The notes below the pieces were generated by a model that was given only the letters and a program-made list of their open reading frames with translations, did no database searches and had not been told where the DNA came from. Source: Alphaproteobacteria bacterium (lineage in GTDB: Bacteria > Pseudomonadota > Alphaproteobacteria > UBA828). From it: 64,000 nucleotides of DNA. The position numbers and the translations under genes were made by a program. The stretch is from positions 192,001 through 256,000 of the forward strand of contig CAXXVO010000012.1 of NCBI GenBank assembly GCA_963422645.2, given 5' to 3'. Numbering within the stretch: the stretch's first letter is position 1; each line of letters starts with the position of its first letter. Positions 54,170 to 63,623 of this stretch are shown here, piece after piece.

Positions 54170-54254
54170 CGCGGTCTCGCTCTCCGCTTTGGGTTGCTCG
54201 CGCCAACGGGCACGGGCGGCAAAGATACGCTGTTAGAGTCGTTCTCTGCAATGG

Positions 54255-55484
54255 TCACACGCTGCCGCCGTCACGCCAGAGTCGGGGCCAGTTGAGACCG
54301 AGGAGGAGGGCGGCGACCAGGCCCTCCGCCGCGACGATGCGCACGGCATTGGCAACGCCGAAGAGCTCGCCCATGAGCCCGATATTGGTGAACCCGATCA
54401 CGCCGGCGCCGATCGTGAGCGAGAGGATGCCGAGCATGCGGCCGCGCATCTCCGGCGGCGCCATCCCGTATATCAGGACGGTTTGCATGGTGGAGAAGCC
54501 GGCCGCGCCGAGCCCTACGAAGAAGATCACGATCGCCATCGGCGCGGTCTCCGTCATCCAGCTCGCGACGAAGGCCAGAGCGGAATAGCTCGCGGTGCCA
54601 AAGAAGTAGAAGCGGCGGTATGCGCCTGGCCGGACGCCGATGGCGGCGATCAGCAGCGCCCCGGTGAAAGCGCCGCCGCCCTCCAGCGCGGCGAGGCCGC
54701 CGATGGCGGCGGGGCTCAGGCCGAGCTTCTCCGTGCCGATGACCGGGATCATCGAGACGAAGGGGAAGCCCCAGATGTTGAAGATCACCGTGACGTAGAG
54801 GATGCGGCGGATTTCCGGCTCGCGGGCGAGGAAGCGGAAGCCTTCACGCAGATCGCCGAGAAGCCTTGCCGAGCGCTGGCCGGCGCCGGACGCAAAGGCC
54901 TTCGGAAGACCCGGTGTCAGCATCAGGCACAACGCGTAGAGCACCGCTGCCAGGCCGAATGCGCCGCCGAGACCGAGCCACTGGTAGAGCAGGCCGCCGA
55001 AGAGCGGACCGATGAGCCGCATGGCGTTGCTCGTGGCGCTGTCGAGGCTCATGCCGGCGGCGATTCGCCCCGCGCCGGCGACGTCGCCGATCATCCGCCG
55101 GCGGACGGGCATGTCCGTGGTCCAGACGACGCCGGAGAGGAAGGTCGCAAGCGCGATGTGCCAATAGGCGGCGATGCCCGAGAGCGCGAGGGCGAGGACG
55201 GCGAGCGAGACCAGCGCTGCGAGCCCGTGTGAACTGTAGAGCAGAATTCGCGGGGACACGCGGTCGGCGAAGGTGCCGACGATGGAGCCGAATACGGCCA
55301 GCGGCAGCATGCGTAGGATGACGAGCAGCGCCACCAGCACCGGCGATCCGGTGGTCTCCACGGCGAAGATGCCGACCACCAGGAGCTCCAGCCAGCGGGA
55401 GCCCATGCTGAGGAGGCCGATGAGCCAGAGGCGCAGATAGAGCGGGTCGCCCAGGAGCTCGGTCAGCCGGCGCGGCAGGATCAT
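54255..55484 (-). CDS. MFS transporter
   Basis: GTFADR motif A, multiple hydrophobic segments and EMRGR. Confidence 0.88.
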   Translation of the reverse strand: MILPRRLTELLGDPLYLRLWLIGLLSMGSRWLELLVVGIFAVETTGSPVLVALLVILRMLPLAVFGSIVGTFADRVSPRILLYSSHGLAALVSLAVLALALSGIAAYWHIALATFLSGVVWTTDMPVRRRMIGDVAGAGRIAAGMSLDSATSNAMRLIGPLFGGLLYQWLGLGGAFGLAAVLYALCLMLTPGLPKAFASGAGQRSARLLGDLREGFRFLAREPEIRRILYVTVIFNIWGFPFVSMIPVIGTEKLGLSPAAIGGLAALEGGGAFTGALLIAAIGVRPGAYRRFYFFGTASYSALAFVASWMTETAPMAIVIFFVGLGAAGFSTMQTVLIYGMAPPEMRGRMLGILSLTIGAGVIGFTNIGLMGELFGVANAVRIVAAEGLVAALLLGLNWPRLWRDGGSV

Positions 55485-55662
55485 CGATGGCGCCTCGCGT
55501 TGGGCGGCAGGGTAGAGGGGACAAAGAGCCAGCCGGTGGCCCGGTGGGACATTGGAACGCGCGGCGCGCAAAGCGCCCATGCCCCCTCACTATGACACGA
55601 ACCGGGGTGCGCTGGGGGACAGCGGTCTGGCCGTCGCGAATCGGCGTGTAATCCGGTGTCGC

Positions 55663-55689
55663 GGCATTGATTTCATTGCAATCAACGCC
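55663..55689. promoter_or_regulatory. Imperfect palindromic operator upstream of the FitA-like antitoxin
   Basis: GGCATTGATTTCATTGCAATCAACGCC. Confidence 0.55.
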
Positions 55690-55724
55690 TACATTCTTGA
55701 GGGTTGAGAGGGAGGGGTGGCGCA

Positions 55725-55967
55725 ATGGCAAGCATTACGATCCGCAACCTCGACGATGGCGTGAAGTCGCGGCTGAGGATACGGGCGGCCGAGCATGGAC
55801 GTTCCATGGAGGAAGAGGCCCGGTTGATCCTGCGGGATGCGGTCGGGACGGAAGCCGGAGCGGACAACCTCGCCAGTGCCATTCGCGCGCGCTTCGCACC
55901 ATTTGGCGGGGTAGAGCTCGAACTTCCGCCGCGGGAGGCCATGCGCGAGCCACCCAATTTCGATTGA
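55725..55967 (+). CDS. FitA-like RHH antitoxin (plasmid stability protein)
   Basis: MASITIRNLDD..K.RLR.RAA.HGRSMEEEAR.IL. Confidence 0.88.
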   Translation: MASITIRNLDDGVKSRLRIRAAEHGRSMEEEARLILRDAVGTEAGADNLASAIRARFAPFGGVELELPPREAMREPPNFD

Positions 55968-55976
55968 TGGCTGTCG

Positions 55977-56024
55977 ATGTTCGTCCTGGATACAAATGTA
56001 GCATGTTCTTTCCTACTGGCCTAA
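55977..56024 (+). pseudogene. N-terminal stump of a VapC/FitB PIN toxin
   Basis: MFVLDTNV is the first PIN motif. Unrelated sequence follows, with a TAA after 15 codons. Confidence 0.75.
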
Positions 56025-56385
56025 CCTACCGTATTCAAATAGCTTTTCTTTTTGCCCAACTGGCCCGTAAGCAATTCGGAAGCGGATTGGGGTGAAAGCC
56101 CGCGCGTTTCGGCGCGGCGCTGTCGACGGAAACCGCCTACCACTCCGTTGACCATCGGACCATCGTAACCGCTCGTCGGCCATCCGCTCGTGCGCTGTCC
56201 CGTTCGGCGAACCATCGGTGCGACGCAGACTCCATTGCGGTGCCGCGTTTCGGGATCGTAAACACCGGCCGAGCGCGTGGCCGGCGTACGGACATGCCGG
56301 TGATGTCGGCACGGGGGCCTGTTGCCACCTGCATTGCTGAGCGCACCGCACTTTCACTCCCGGCCGTCGGGTGCGTGGGCTGGCC

Positions 56386-57087
56386 TTACACCCGTCTGAC
56401 GGTCCAGAGTACCTTGCCGACGATGTGCACGTCTTCGGCAAGGCAGGTGTAGTCGGCGTAGTCCGGGTTGGCTGATTTCAGCCGCAGCTCGGGCGCGCCG
56501 CCGGCGTCGTTCACATGCTCGACGCGCTTGACCACGAGCCCGGTTCCGTCGAAGAGCACGAACATCTCGCCGGTGGCGGGGACGCGCCGGGCGGTGTCGA
56601 CGAGCAGCCGGTCGCCTTCGGAGAGCTCGGGCTCCATCGATTCGCCGCGCACCCGCAGCACGCGGATGGCGCCGGGGTTTGCGCCCCCCTCGTAGCGGAT
56701 CATCCCCTCGGGGAGGAACCAGCGCGCGCGCTCGGCGACGAACTCGTCGGCAAGCGCGCCGGGTCCCGCGGACGCCTCGACATCCACCTCCGGGACGGCG
56801 GCGAGCGGCACCGGTCCGGGATCCATCTCCTGTCGGCGCCGCTTCTTCGCTGCCGCCCTCTTGCGCCGGGGCGGGCGCTCGGCGTGGTGCAGATCTCCGG
56901 CCTTGCAGCCAAGCAGGCCGGCGAGCTTTTCCGCGTCCTGGTGCGAGATCACCTTGGGGGTGCCGCGCTCGAGGAAGCCGTGCAGGTAGGAGACGTTGCG
57001 GCCGATGGCGAGCGACACCTCGCGCATGTTCATGCCGCGCCTCCAGAGCAGGTCGCGGATGTTCTGTCGTACCGGGTCGCGTTCCAT
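56386..57087 (-). CDS. CI/LexA-like repressor (HTH plus S24 peptidase)
   Basis: N-terminal HTH, Ala-Gly cleavage site (ASAG), and the Ser-Lys dyad in GESMEP and VKRV. Confidence 0.9.
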   Translation of the reverse strand: MERDPVRQNIRDLLWRRGMNMREVSLAIGRNVSYLHGFLERGTPKVISHQDAEKLAGLLGCKAGDLHHAERPPRRKRAAAKKRRRQEMDPGPVPLAAVPEVDVEASAGPGALADEFVAERARWFLPEGMIRYEGGANPGAIRVLRVRGESMEPELSEGDRLLVDTARRVPATGEMFVLFDGTGLVVKRVEHVNDAGGAPELRLKSANPDYADYTCLAEDVHIVGKVLWTVRRV

Positions 57088-57131
57088 CGCGTTGCCTCGC
57101 TGGGTTGTCGCCGGTTGACGGCGGATGGCAT

Positions 57132-57183
57132 AGCGTATTCACTAACTAACACGATTGTCAACGACAATCTGCCTGCGTATCTT
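57132..57183. promoter_or_regulatory. Divergent overlapping promoters with a 17-bp palindromic operator
   Basis: Operator GATTGTC-AAC-GACAATC (57153-57169). Rightward TTGTCA-N17-TATCTT; leftward TTGACA-N18-TACGCT. Confidence 0.65.
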
Positions 57184-57191
57184 CCGCCGCC

Positions 57192-58115
57192 ATGAACGCA
57201 CTCACCACACATTTCCGCCACGCCGTGCGGGCGTATCTCGACCGCACCGGCACCGCACCCGCGCGGCTTGGGCTCGCGGAATCGCGCCAGTTCGGCGGCT
57301 GCTTCGTGCTCGGCATCCAGGTGATCTCCGCGCTCCGCGACCTCTACGGGCGCAACGGCGCGGAGACCATCTCGGGGCTCTGCGGCACCCGCGTGGTGCT
57401 CGCCGCCCCCGACCGCGACACCGCGCAATGGTCGGCCGACAGCCTCGGCCGCAGCGAGGTCGAGGAGGTGACGGAGGGGTTCTCCTACGGCGCCAACACC
57501 ATCCGCGACGGCGTCTCGCTCACGCCCAAGCGCGAGCTCCGCGCGCTCGCGCTCGCCTCCGAGATCATGCAGCTCGAGAGCCTCCACGGCTGGCTGCGCT
57601 TCCCCGGCCCGCTCCCGGTCGCCCCGATCCGGCTCGACTACGTGAAGCGCCCGAAGGCCGCCGAGCGGTTCGTGCCGCGGCGAGATGCCGGCCGGGACGA
57701 GACGGCGGCGGCAGCCAGGCCTCCCGGATCGACGGAGACCGAAGCGGATGCCGCACCGGAAGCGGCGGACCCTCGGGGCGAGCTCCCGAGCCTCCCGCCG
57801 CCCGACCCGGAACGGAAGCCGGCTCGCACCGGATCGGCCGGCGCGGAGGCCAAGCCAAGGGATGCACCGACGACGGTCGGCGAGCTGGACCGGGCCACAG
57901 AAGCCCCCGCCGGCGCCGCGCGGCCAGCGGACGGTTCCGGCGAGGTGGCGGGGACGGGCGGTGCAAGCGGCGGTGACGCGCCGGGCGAGTCTTCGGCCCG
58001 CGAACGCGCCGCCGCGCCCGGTGGGCGGGACAGCACGGCTTCGGGTCCGTATACCGGGGATGACGATGACGCGGCCGGCGGCGCTGACGGCCGTCCGGCC
58101 TGCGAGTGGCTCTGA
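57192..58115 (+). pseudogene. In-frame chimera: ~27 aa of a Cro-like protein fused to the C-terminal part of a TraD/TrwB coupling protein
   Basis: MNALTTHFRHAVRAYLDRTGTAPARLG is followed directly by the T4CP motifs LAESRQFGGCFVLGIQ...LYG...SEIMQL. No TM anchor or Walker A/B. Confidence 0.75.
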
Positions 58116-60943
58116 TGGTCGTCTCCATCGGCGCCGTCGCCTCGCCCGCGCAAGGTACGTCCTACTACGAGCGCGACGGCTACTACGCGAAGGACGACCC
58201 TGCCCACAGGGCCGCCAGCGCCTGGGCCGGAAAGGGCGCCGAGGGGCTGGGCCTCGAAGGCCCGGTCGACCCGGAGACGTTCCGCGCGGTACTCGAAGGC
58301 GAGGTGCCGGACGGATCGGGAAAGCGCCTGGGACGCCTCGACAGAGACGGCAACCGCATCCATCGCCCCGGCCGCGACCTGACGTTCAGCGCGCCGAAGT
58401 CCGTGTCTCTCGCCGCGCTGGTCGGCGGCGACGGCCGCGTAGTCGAGGCCCATGACCGGGCCGTCGCCCGCACGCTTGCCTGGGTCGAGGGCAACGCCGC
58501 CGAGACCCGCATGCGGGATCCGGAGACGGGAAAGATGGTCCGGGCCGGCAACCAAAGAGTCGTGGCGGCAACGTTCCGCCACGATACGTCCCGCAACCTC
58601 GATCCCCAGCTCCACACCCACGCCGTGCTCGCCAACATGGTGCAGGGCGGAGACGGGAAGTGGCGGACCATGGCCAACGAGTCGCTCTACCGCCAGCAGA
58701 AGCTGATCGGCATGGTCTACCGCAGCGAACTCGCCCGAGGCATTGCCGGGCTCGGCTACGGCATCGAGAAGAGCCATGCCGACGGGCGCTTCGAGATCGC
58801 GGGCGTGTCCCGCGAGGTGATCGAGGCCTTCTCCACCCGGCGCGCCGAGATCGAGGCCGCGGTCGCCGAGCGCGGCGCCGCGGGGACCGCCGCCGATGCG
58901 CGCCTCGCCGAGCGCGCGGCGCTGATGACGCGGGCCCACAAGCGCGATGTCGACAAGGCGGCGCTGCGCGAGAGCTGGCAGCGGCAGGCCGCCGGACTCG
59001 AGTTCGATGCGCGGGCCATCGTCGCCGAGGCCTTGCCGCGGGACGCCGGAAGGGAGCCGATCGTGGCGCGAGCGACGGACACCGCGCCGCGCGAGGCGGC
59101 GGCCCTTGCGGGCGCTGCCGGGAGGAAGGAGCCTGTGGGGCCGGACGGTGTTCCGAAGACCCCGGCGGCGGAGGCCATGGAATGGGCGGTCTCCCACTTG
59201 GCCGAGCGGGAGGCGGTGTTCTCCCGCGCCGACCTGCTGGCCGCCGCCCTCGCCTGGCGGCCCGGAGCGGTCTCCGTCGGAGAGGCGGAGATGACGGTGG
59301 GCACTCTCCGGAAGGCCGGCACGCTCCACGCCGCGCCCGCGCACGAAGCCGGCGACGGGATGACGACGGACAAGGCGCTCGCCGACGAGCGCGAGACGAT
59401 CGGGCTGATGCGCGACGGTCAGGCCCGCGGGCGGCCGGTGATGCGAAGCTGGATGGTGAGCGCGCGCCTGCACAGGGGACCGCTGACCCACGGGCAGCGG
59501 GAGGCGGTCAAGCTCATCCTCGGCGCGAAGGACCGGGTGGTGGGCGTCCAGGGCTATGCCGGCACCGGCAAGACCGCCATGCTGAGGCGCGTCCAGGCGC
59601 TGGCGGCGAAGAGCGGCTACCGCATGATGGGGCTCGCCCCCTCGGCCTCGGCGGCGAGGACGCTCGGCGCCGAGGCCGGCATCGAAAGCGAGACGCTGCA
59701 GCTCTTCCTCGCGCGCAACGCCGGCGTCGCGCAAGCGCGCCTTTCGAAGAAGGGCGAGCGCGAACTGCGCAGCCGCTTCGCCAAGACCGTGCTGGTGGTG
59801 GACGAAGGCTCGCTCGCCTCCACCGTCCAGGCCCGCGACCTGCTGCGGATCGCGACCGTGCTGCGCATCCCACGAGTGGTGCTAGTCGGGGACTCGAAGC
59901 AGCTCGACGCGGTCGATGCCGGGAAGCCGTTCGCGCAGCTTCAGGCCGCCGGCATGAAAACAGCCATCATGGACGAGATCATGCGCCAGCGCGACCCCGA
60001 CCTGAAGGCCGCGGTCGAGGCGAGCCTCGCGGGCGAAACGGCCAAGGCGTTCGGGAAGCTCGGCGCCAACGTCGCCGAGGTGAAGGCCGACAACATCGCG
60101 GGCGCGGTCGCCGCGCGCTGGCTCGCGCTCTCCCCGGAGATGCGCAACCGCACCGGGGTGATGGCCCCGAGCCACGCGCTCCGCCAAGCCATCAACGGCC
60201 ATATCCGCGAGCGTCTCGCCCGTGAGGGCCGCATCCACGGCCCCGCACTCCAGAGCGAGCGGCTGGTCTCGAAGGGCTACACCAACGCGGAGAAGGCGCT
60301 CGCCGGGAACTATGCGGTGGGCGATGTCGTGGTCTTCCACCGACCGTACAAACGGATCGGCGTCGAGAAGGGCGACGAGCGCCGCGTCGCCGGCGTCGAT
60401 CACGCGCGAAGGGAGGTCCTGCTCGGCGGGGGAGAGCACGGGACGGTGGGCTGGAAACCCGGCGAAATTGCCGGGAGCCGGGGCGGCAGCGAGGTCTACC
60501 GGGCCGAGGCGCTCGAGCTCCGCGCCGGCGACCGCGTCCGCTGGACCCGCAACGACACCGTGCTCGGGCTCGTCAACAGCCACACCGCCGAGGTGGTGGC
60601 GGTGACCGGCGGCCGGGTGTCCTTCCGGCTCGAGGACGGGCGCATGCTGAGCCTGAACGAAGGCGATCCGCAGATGCGCCATCTCGACCATGCCTGGGCC
60701 TCGACCGTACATGCGTTCCAGGGCCGTACCGTCGACAACGTGATCGCCGCCATGGAGGCAAACCATCCGCACCTGACCAATCATAAAACGATGTATGATT
60801 CTCGCCTGTTCGACAACGGTGCGCAGAGGCGGTCAGAGACACGCGGGAGTATAATAGTCGATTGTTATAGCTATATATTATCCCGTTCTCTCCTACAGCT
60901 ACCCGCTTTCTGCCGCGCCACAGATGCGCTCCGATGCGCCTAG
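58115..60943 (+). pseudogene. MOBF relaxase-helicase (TrwC/TraI-like); homology ends near 60796
   Basis: YYERDGYY, DLTFSAPKSVS, HDTSRNLDPQLHTH, GYAGTGKT, DEGS and STVHAFQG. Helicase motif VI is replaced by unrelated AT-rich sequence. Confidence 0.85.
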
Positions 60944-61184
60944 ATTGGAAGTCGGTCGCTTGCGAATTGCTTACGGACCTGATACACGATCCCGCTCAGA
61001 ATTCGTAATGCTTCTGTTCTCAGGTGATGGATGGTGATTTCACCGATTGAGTGTCCGCTTCCAGTCTCGTCGGAGAGGCCGCAGCCAGATGTCCCTCCTG
61101 GGCTCGGCCCGCTTCATGTGCGTGTCGTAGCGCCCGCGCAAAAGCCTCTGGTAACGCCGCCGGTGATTCGATATCGTCTCGCCC

Positions 61185-63623
61185 ATGGCGATGCGAGACG
61201 AGGATTTCGGGACGGCGCTGACACCGACCGAGGGGGACGAGGCGATCTGGTCGCCCCCCATGTCGGCGCCGGCGAGCGAGCCGCGCGACTGGCAATCTCT
61301 GTGCGAACAGGCGCAGGCGCGGGCGGAAGCAGCGGAAGCGCGTGCGGAAGAGTTGCGCTGGGCGGAAGTCGCCGCCCGCAGCGATGCGGGTGCGTGGAAG
61401 TCGCGGTTCAAGGCCTGCCGGCAGAGGCTGAGCGAGGCCGAGGAAGAGACCGGGGACCTCCGCCGCGCGGCCAAGGACGTGCCGGCCTTGCAGGCCGAAG
61501 TGGCGCACTTGCAGGAGTTGCTCTCCGAAGCCCGCAGCGTATCGAGCGAGTTCGGCACGATCGAAGCGCTGCGCGACGAGGTTGCTCAGTTGCAAGAGGC
61601 CCTGGCGTCGAAAGCCCGGAAGGACGCGACGGGGCCACTGTCGAGGGAGAATGCCCGGCTCCGCAAGACCCTGGAGCGGTCGCAGGGACAGAAGGACGAG
61701 GTCGCGGCGTTGCGCGGAGAGGTCTCGGCGCGGCGCAAGTCGGAGCGGGCCGCGCAGACGGCGCTGTCGAAGGAGAGCATCCGGCTGGGCAAGGCGCTGG
61801 AACGGACGCAGAAGCAGAAGGACACGGTCAAGGCGCTGCGCGAGGAAGTCGATTCCCTGACCCGGGAGACCCGTCGGCAGAACCGGGAGAACGGCCGGCT
61901 GCGCCGCGAGCTGGAGTGGTTGCAGGGCATCAGGGCGACGGCACGTGGGTTGTCCGACGAGGTCGAGCTGCTGCGCGCGGAACTGGCGGAATACCACGAC
62001 CAGACGAACTTCATCGATTGGCAGGACAGGCGCATCGTCGACTTGCAAATTGCCCTGGATACGTCGGCCTTCAAGACCGAGCGGCTGGAGGCCGAGCTTG
62101 CCGAACGTCCCCTGCTGCCTGCGGCCTTGAAGAGATTGCGCCAGCAGGAGAAGACCATCGAGTCCCTGCGGGCCCGGATCGAGACGCTGGAAGAGGAGCT
62201 GGCCAAGCTGCGCTCGAGCCGGGCCGTCCTGTCGAAGGCGCTCCACGGCAGGAAGAGCGAGCAGCAGCAGAAGCCCGGTACGGGGCGCAAGCGCGGCCAG
62301 CAACGCGGCGCGCCCGGCCACGGCCGCACCCCGCGGCCCAAGCTCCAGGAGAAGAAGGAACGGCGCAACCCGCCGAAGGATGCGCGCATCTGTTCCTGTT
62401 GCGGCAAGCCCTATGTCGCCAACGGCGAACGCTCCACGAGCCTGATCGAGATCGAGGTCAAGGCCCACATCCGCAGGATCGTGCGGCCGCGCTACCGCCG
62501 GGGCTGCGAGTGTGCGTCCTCGCCCCTGGAAGCGATTGCGCCGCCGGTGCCGCGGCTGTTCCCCGGAACGCTCTTCGGAACCAGCTTCTGGGCACGGTTC
62601 CTGTTCGAACACTGTGGGTGTCTGCGCCCGCTGTGCCGGGTCGCCGCGTGGTACGGGGACCAGGGGCTGCCGGTCTCGCCGGGTACGCTGGCCAACAGCC
62701 TGAAGCGCTTCGTGCCGCTGTTCGACCCGCTCTACGAGGCGATCCTCGCGCACCAGAACACCGCGGCGTTGCGCCATGCCGACGAGACCGGCTGGCGGGT
62801 ACAGGAGTTCCGCGACACCGGCCGTTCGAGCCGCGCCTGGCTGTGGGTCTCGGTCAGCAAGGATTCGGTCTACTACATCATCGACCCCTCGCGCAGCGCC
62901 GAGGTCGCAAGGACCCTGTTCCGCGACACCGCCTGTATCGTCTTCCTGGTCTGCGACCGCTACAGCGCATACAAAACGCTGGCGCGCGAACTCGCCGGCA
63001 AGGTGATCCTGTGCTGGTGCTGGGCACATCAGCGACGCGACTTCGTCGACTGCGCGACCGGGCAGGAGGCGCTGACCGAATGGTGCCAGGAATGGGTCGA
63101 GCGGATCGCGCTCGTCTACCACCTGAACGACGAACGGCTGAAGCATTACGACCCCGCTCTCGAACGCCAGACACGGGCCTTCGACGCGGCGCAGCGCAAG
63201 CTCGGAAGGGCGGTCAAGCGCCTGTTCGCGGACGCCGAGGCGGAACTGGCCGGCCTGCCGGACAAGGACCGTCGGGCAAAGCCCTTGCGCTCGCTGCTCA
63301 ACCACCGCGAAGGGTTGTGCGTCTTCGTCGACAATCCCCAGGTTCCGATGGACAACAACGCCGGGGAGCGGGCGATCCGCGGGCCGGCCATCGGGCGCCG
63401 ATTGAGCTTCGGTTCCAACAGCGAGGACGGCGCGAAGTTCACCGCGACCATGTACTCCGTCATCGGCACGCTCTCGATGAACGGCATCGACGTGCCGCGC
63501 TGGCTGGAGGCATGGTTGAAGGCCTGCGCGGAGAATGGCGGCAAACCGCCCGACGACCTGTCCCCATGGCTGCCGTGGACGATGAGCGAGGCGCGCAGGC
63601 GCAAGTTCACGGCGCAGGAATGA
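61185..63623 (+). CDS. tnpC: IS66 family transposase with a very long N-terminal coiled coil (812 aa)
   Basis: GRKSE, zinc finger CSCC...CEC, ADETGW, CDRYSAY, CWAH.RR and NNAGERAIR. Confidence 0.88.
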   Translation: MAMRDEDFGTALTPTEGDEAIWSPPMSAPASEPRDWQSLCEQAQARAEAAEARAEELRWAEVAARSDAGAWKSRFKACRQRLSEAEEETGDLRRAAKDVPALQAEVAHLQELLSEARSVSSEFGTIEALRDEVAQLQEALASKARKDATGPLSRENARLRKTLERSQGQKDEVAALRGEVSARRKSERAAQTALSKESIRLGKALERTQKQKDTVKALREEVDSLTRETRRQNRENGRLRRELEWLQGIRATARGLSDEVELLRAELAEYHDQTNFIDWQDRRIVDLQIALDTSAFKTERLEAELAERPLLPAALKRLRQQEKTIESLRARIETLEEELAKLRSSRAVLSKALHGRKSEQQQKPGTGRKRGQQRGAPGHGRTPRPKLQEKKERRNPPKDARICSCCGKPYVANGERSTSLIEIEVKAHIRRIVRPRYRRGCECASSPLEAIAPPVPRLFPGTLFGTSFWARFLFEHCGCLRPLCRVAAWYGDQGLPVSPGTLANSLKRFVPLFDPLYEAILAHQNTAALRHADETGWRVQEFRDTGRSSRAWLWVSVSKDSVYYIIDPSRSAEVARTLFRDTACIVFLVCDRYSAYKTLARELAGKVILCWCWAHQRRDFVDCATGQEALTEWCQEWVERIALVYHLNDERLKHYDPALERQTRAFDAAQRKLGRAVKRLFADAEAELAGLPDKDRRAKPLRSLLNHREGLCVFVDNPQVPMDNNAGERAIRGPAIGRRLSFGSNSEDGAKFTATMYSVIGTLSMNGIDVPRWLEAWLKACAENGGKPPDDLSPWLPWTMSEARRRKFTAQE

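Larger units (their letters stand above)
56060..60981. mobile_element. Degenerate mobilizable-element remnant between ~25-bp inverted repeats
   Basis: CTGGCCCGTAAGCAATTCGGAAGCG (56060-56084) matches the reverse complement of 60957-60981, CAGGTCCGTAAGCAATTCGCAAGCG, at 22/25. Encloses the repressor, T4CP fragment and relaxase. No TSD seen. Confidence 0.55.

Noticed and set aside
55667-55685. TTGAT...ATCAA as an FNR box
   Set aside because: The spacer is 9 nt rather than 4. It is better explained as the antitoxin operator.
56005-60896. Direct repeat GTTCT(T/C)TCCTAC at 56005 and 60885 as attL/attR
   Set aside because: Only 11/12 bp, with no integrase or tRNA nearby, and the second copy does not restore vapC.
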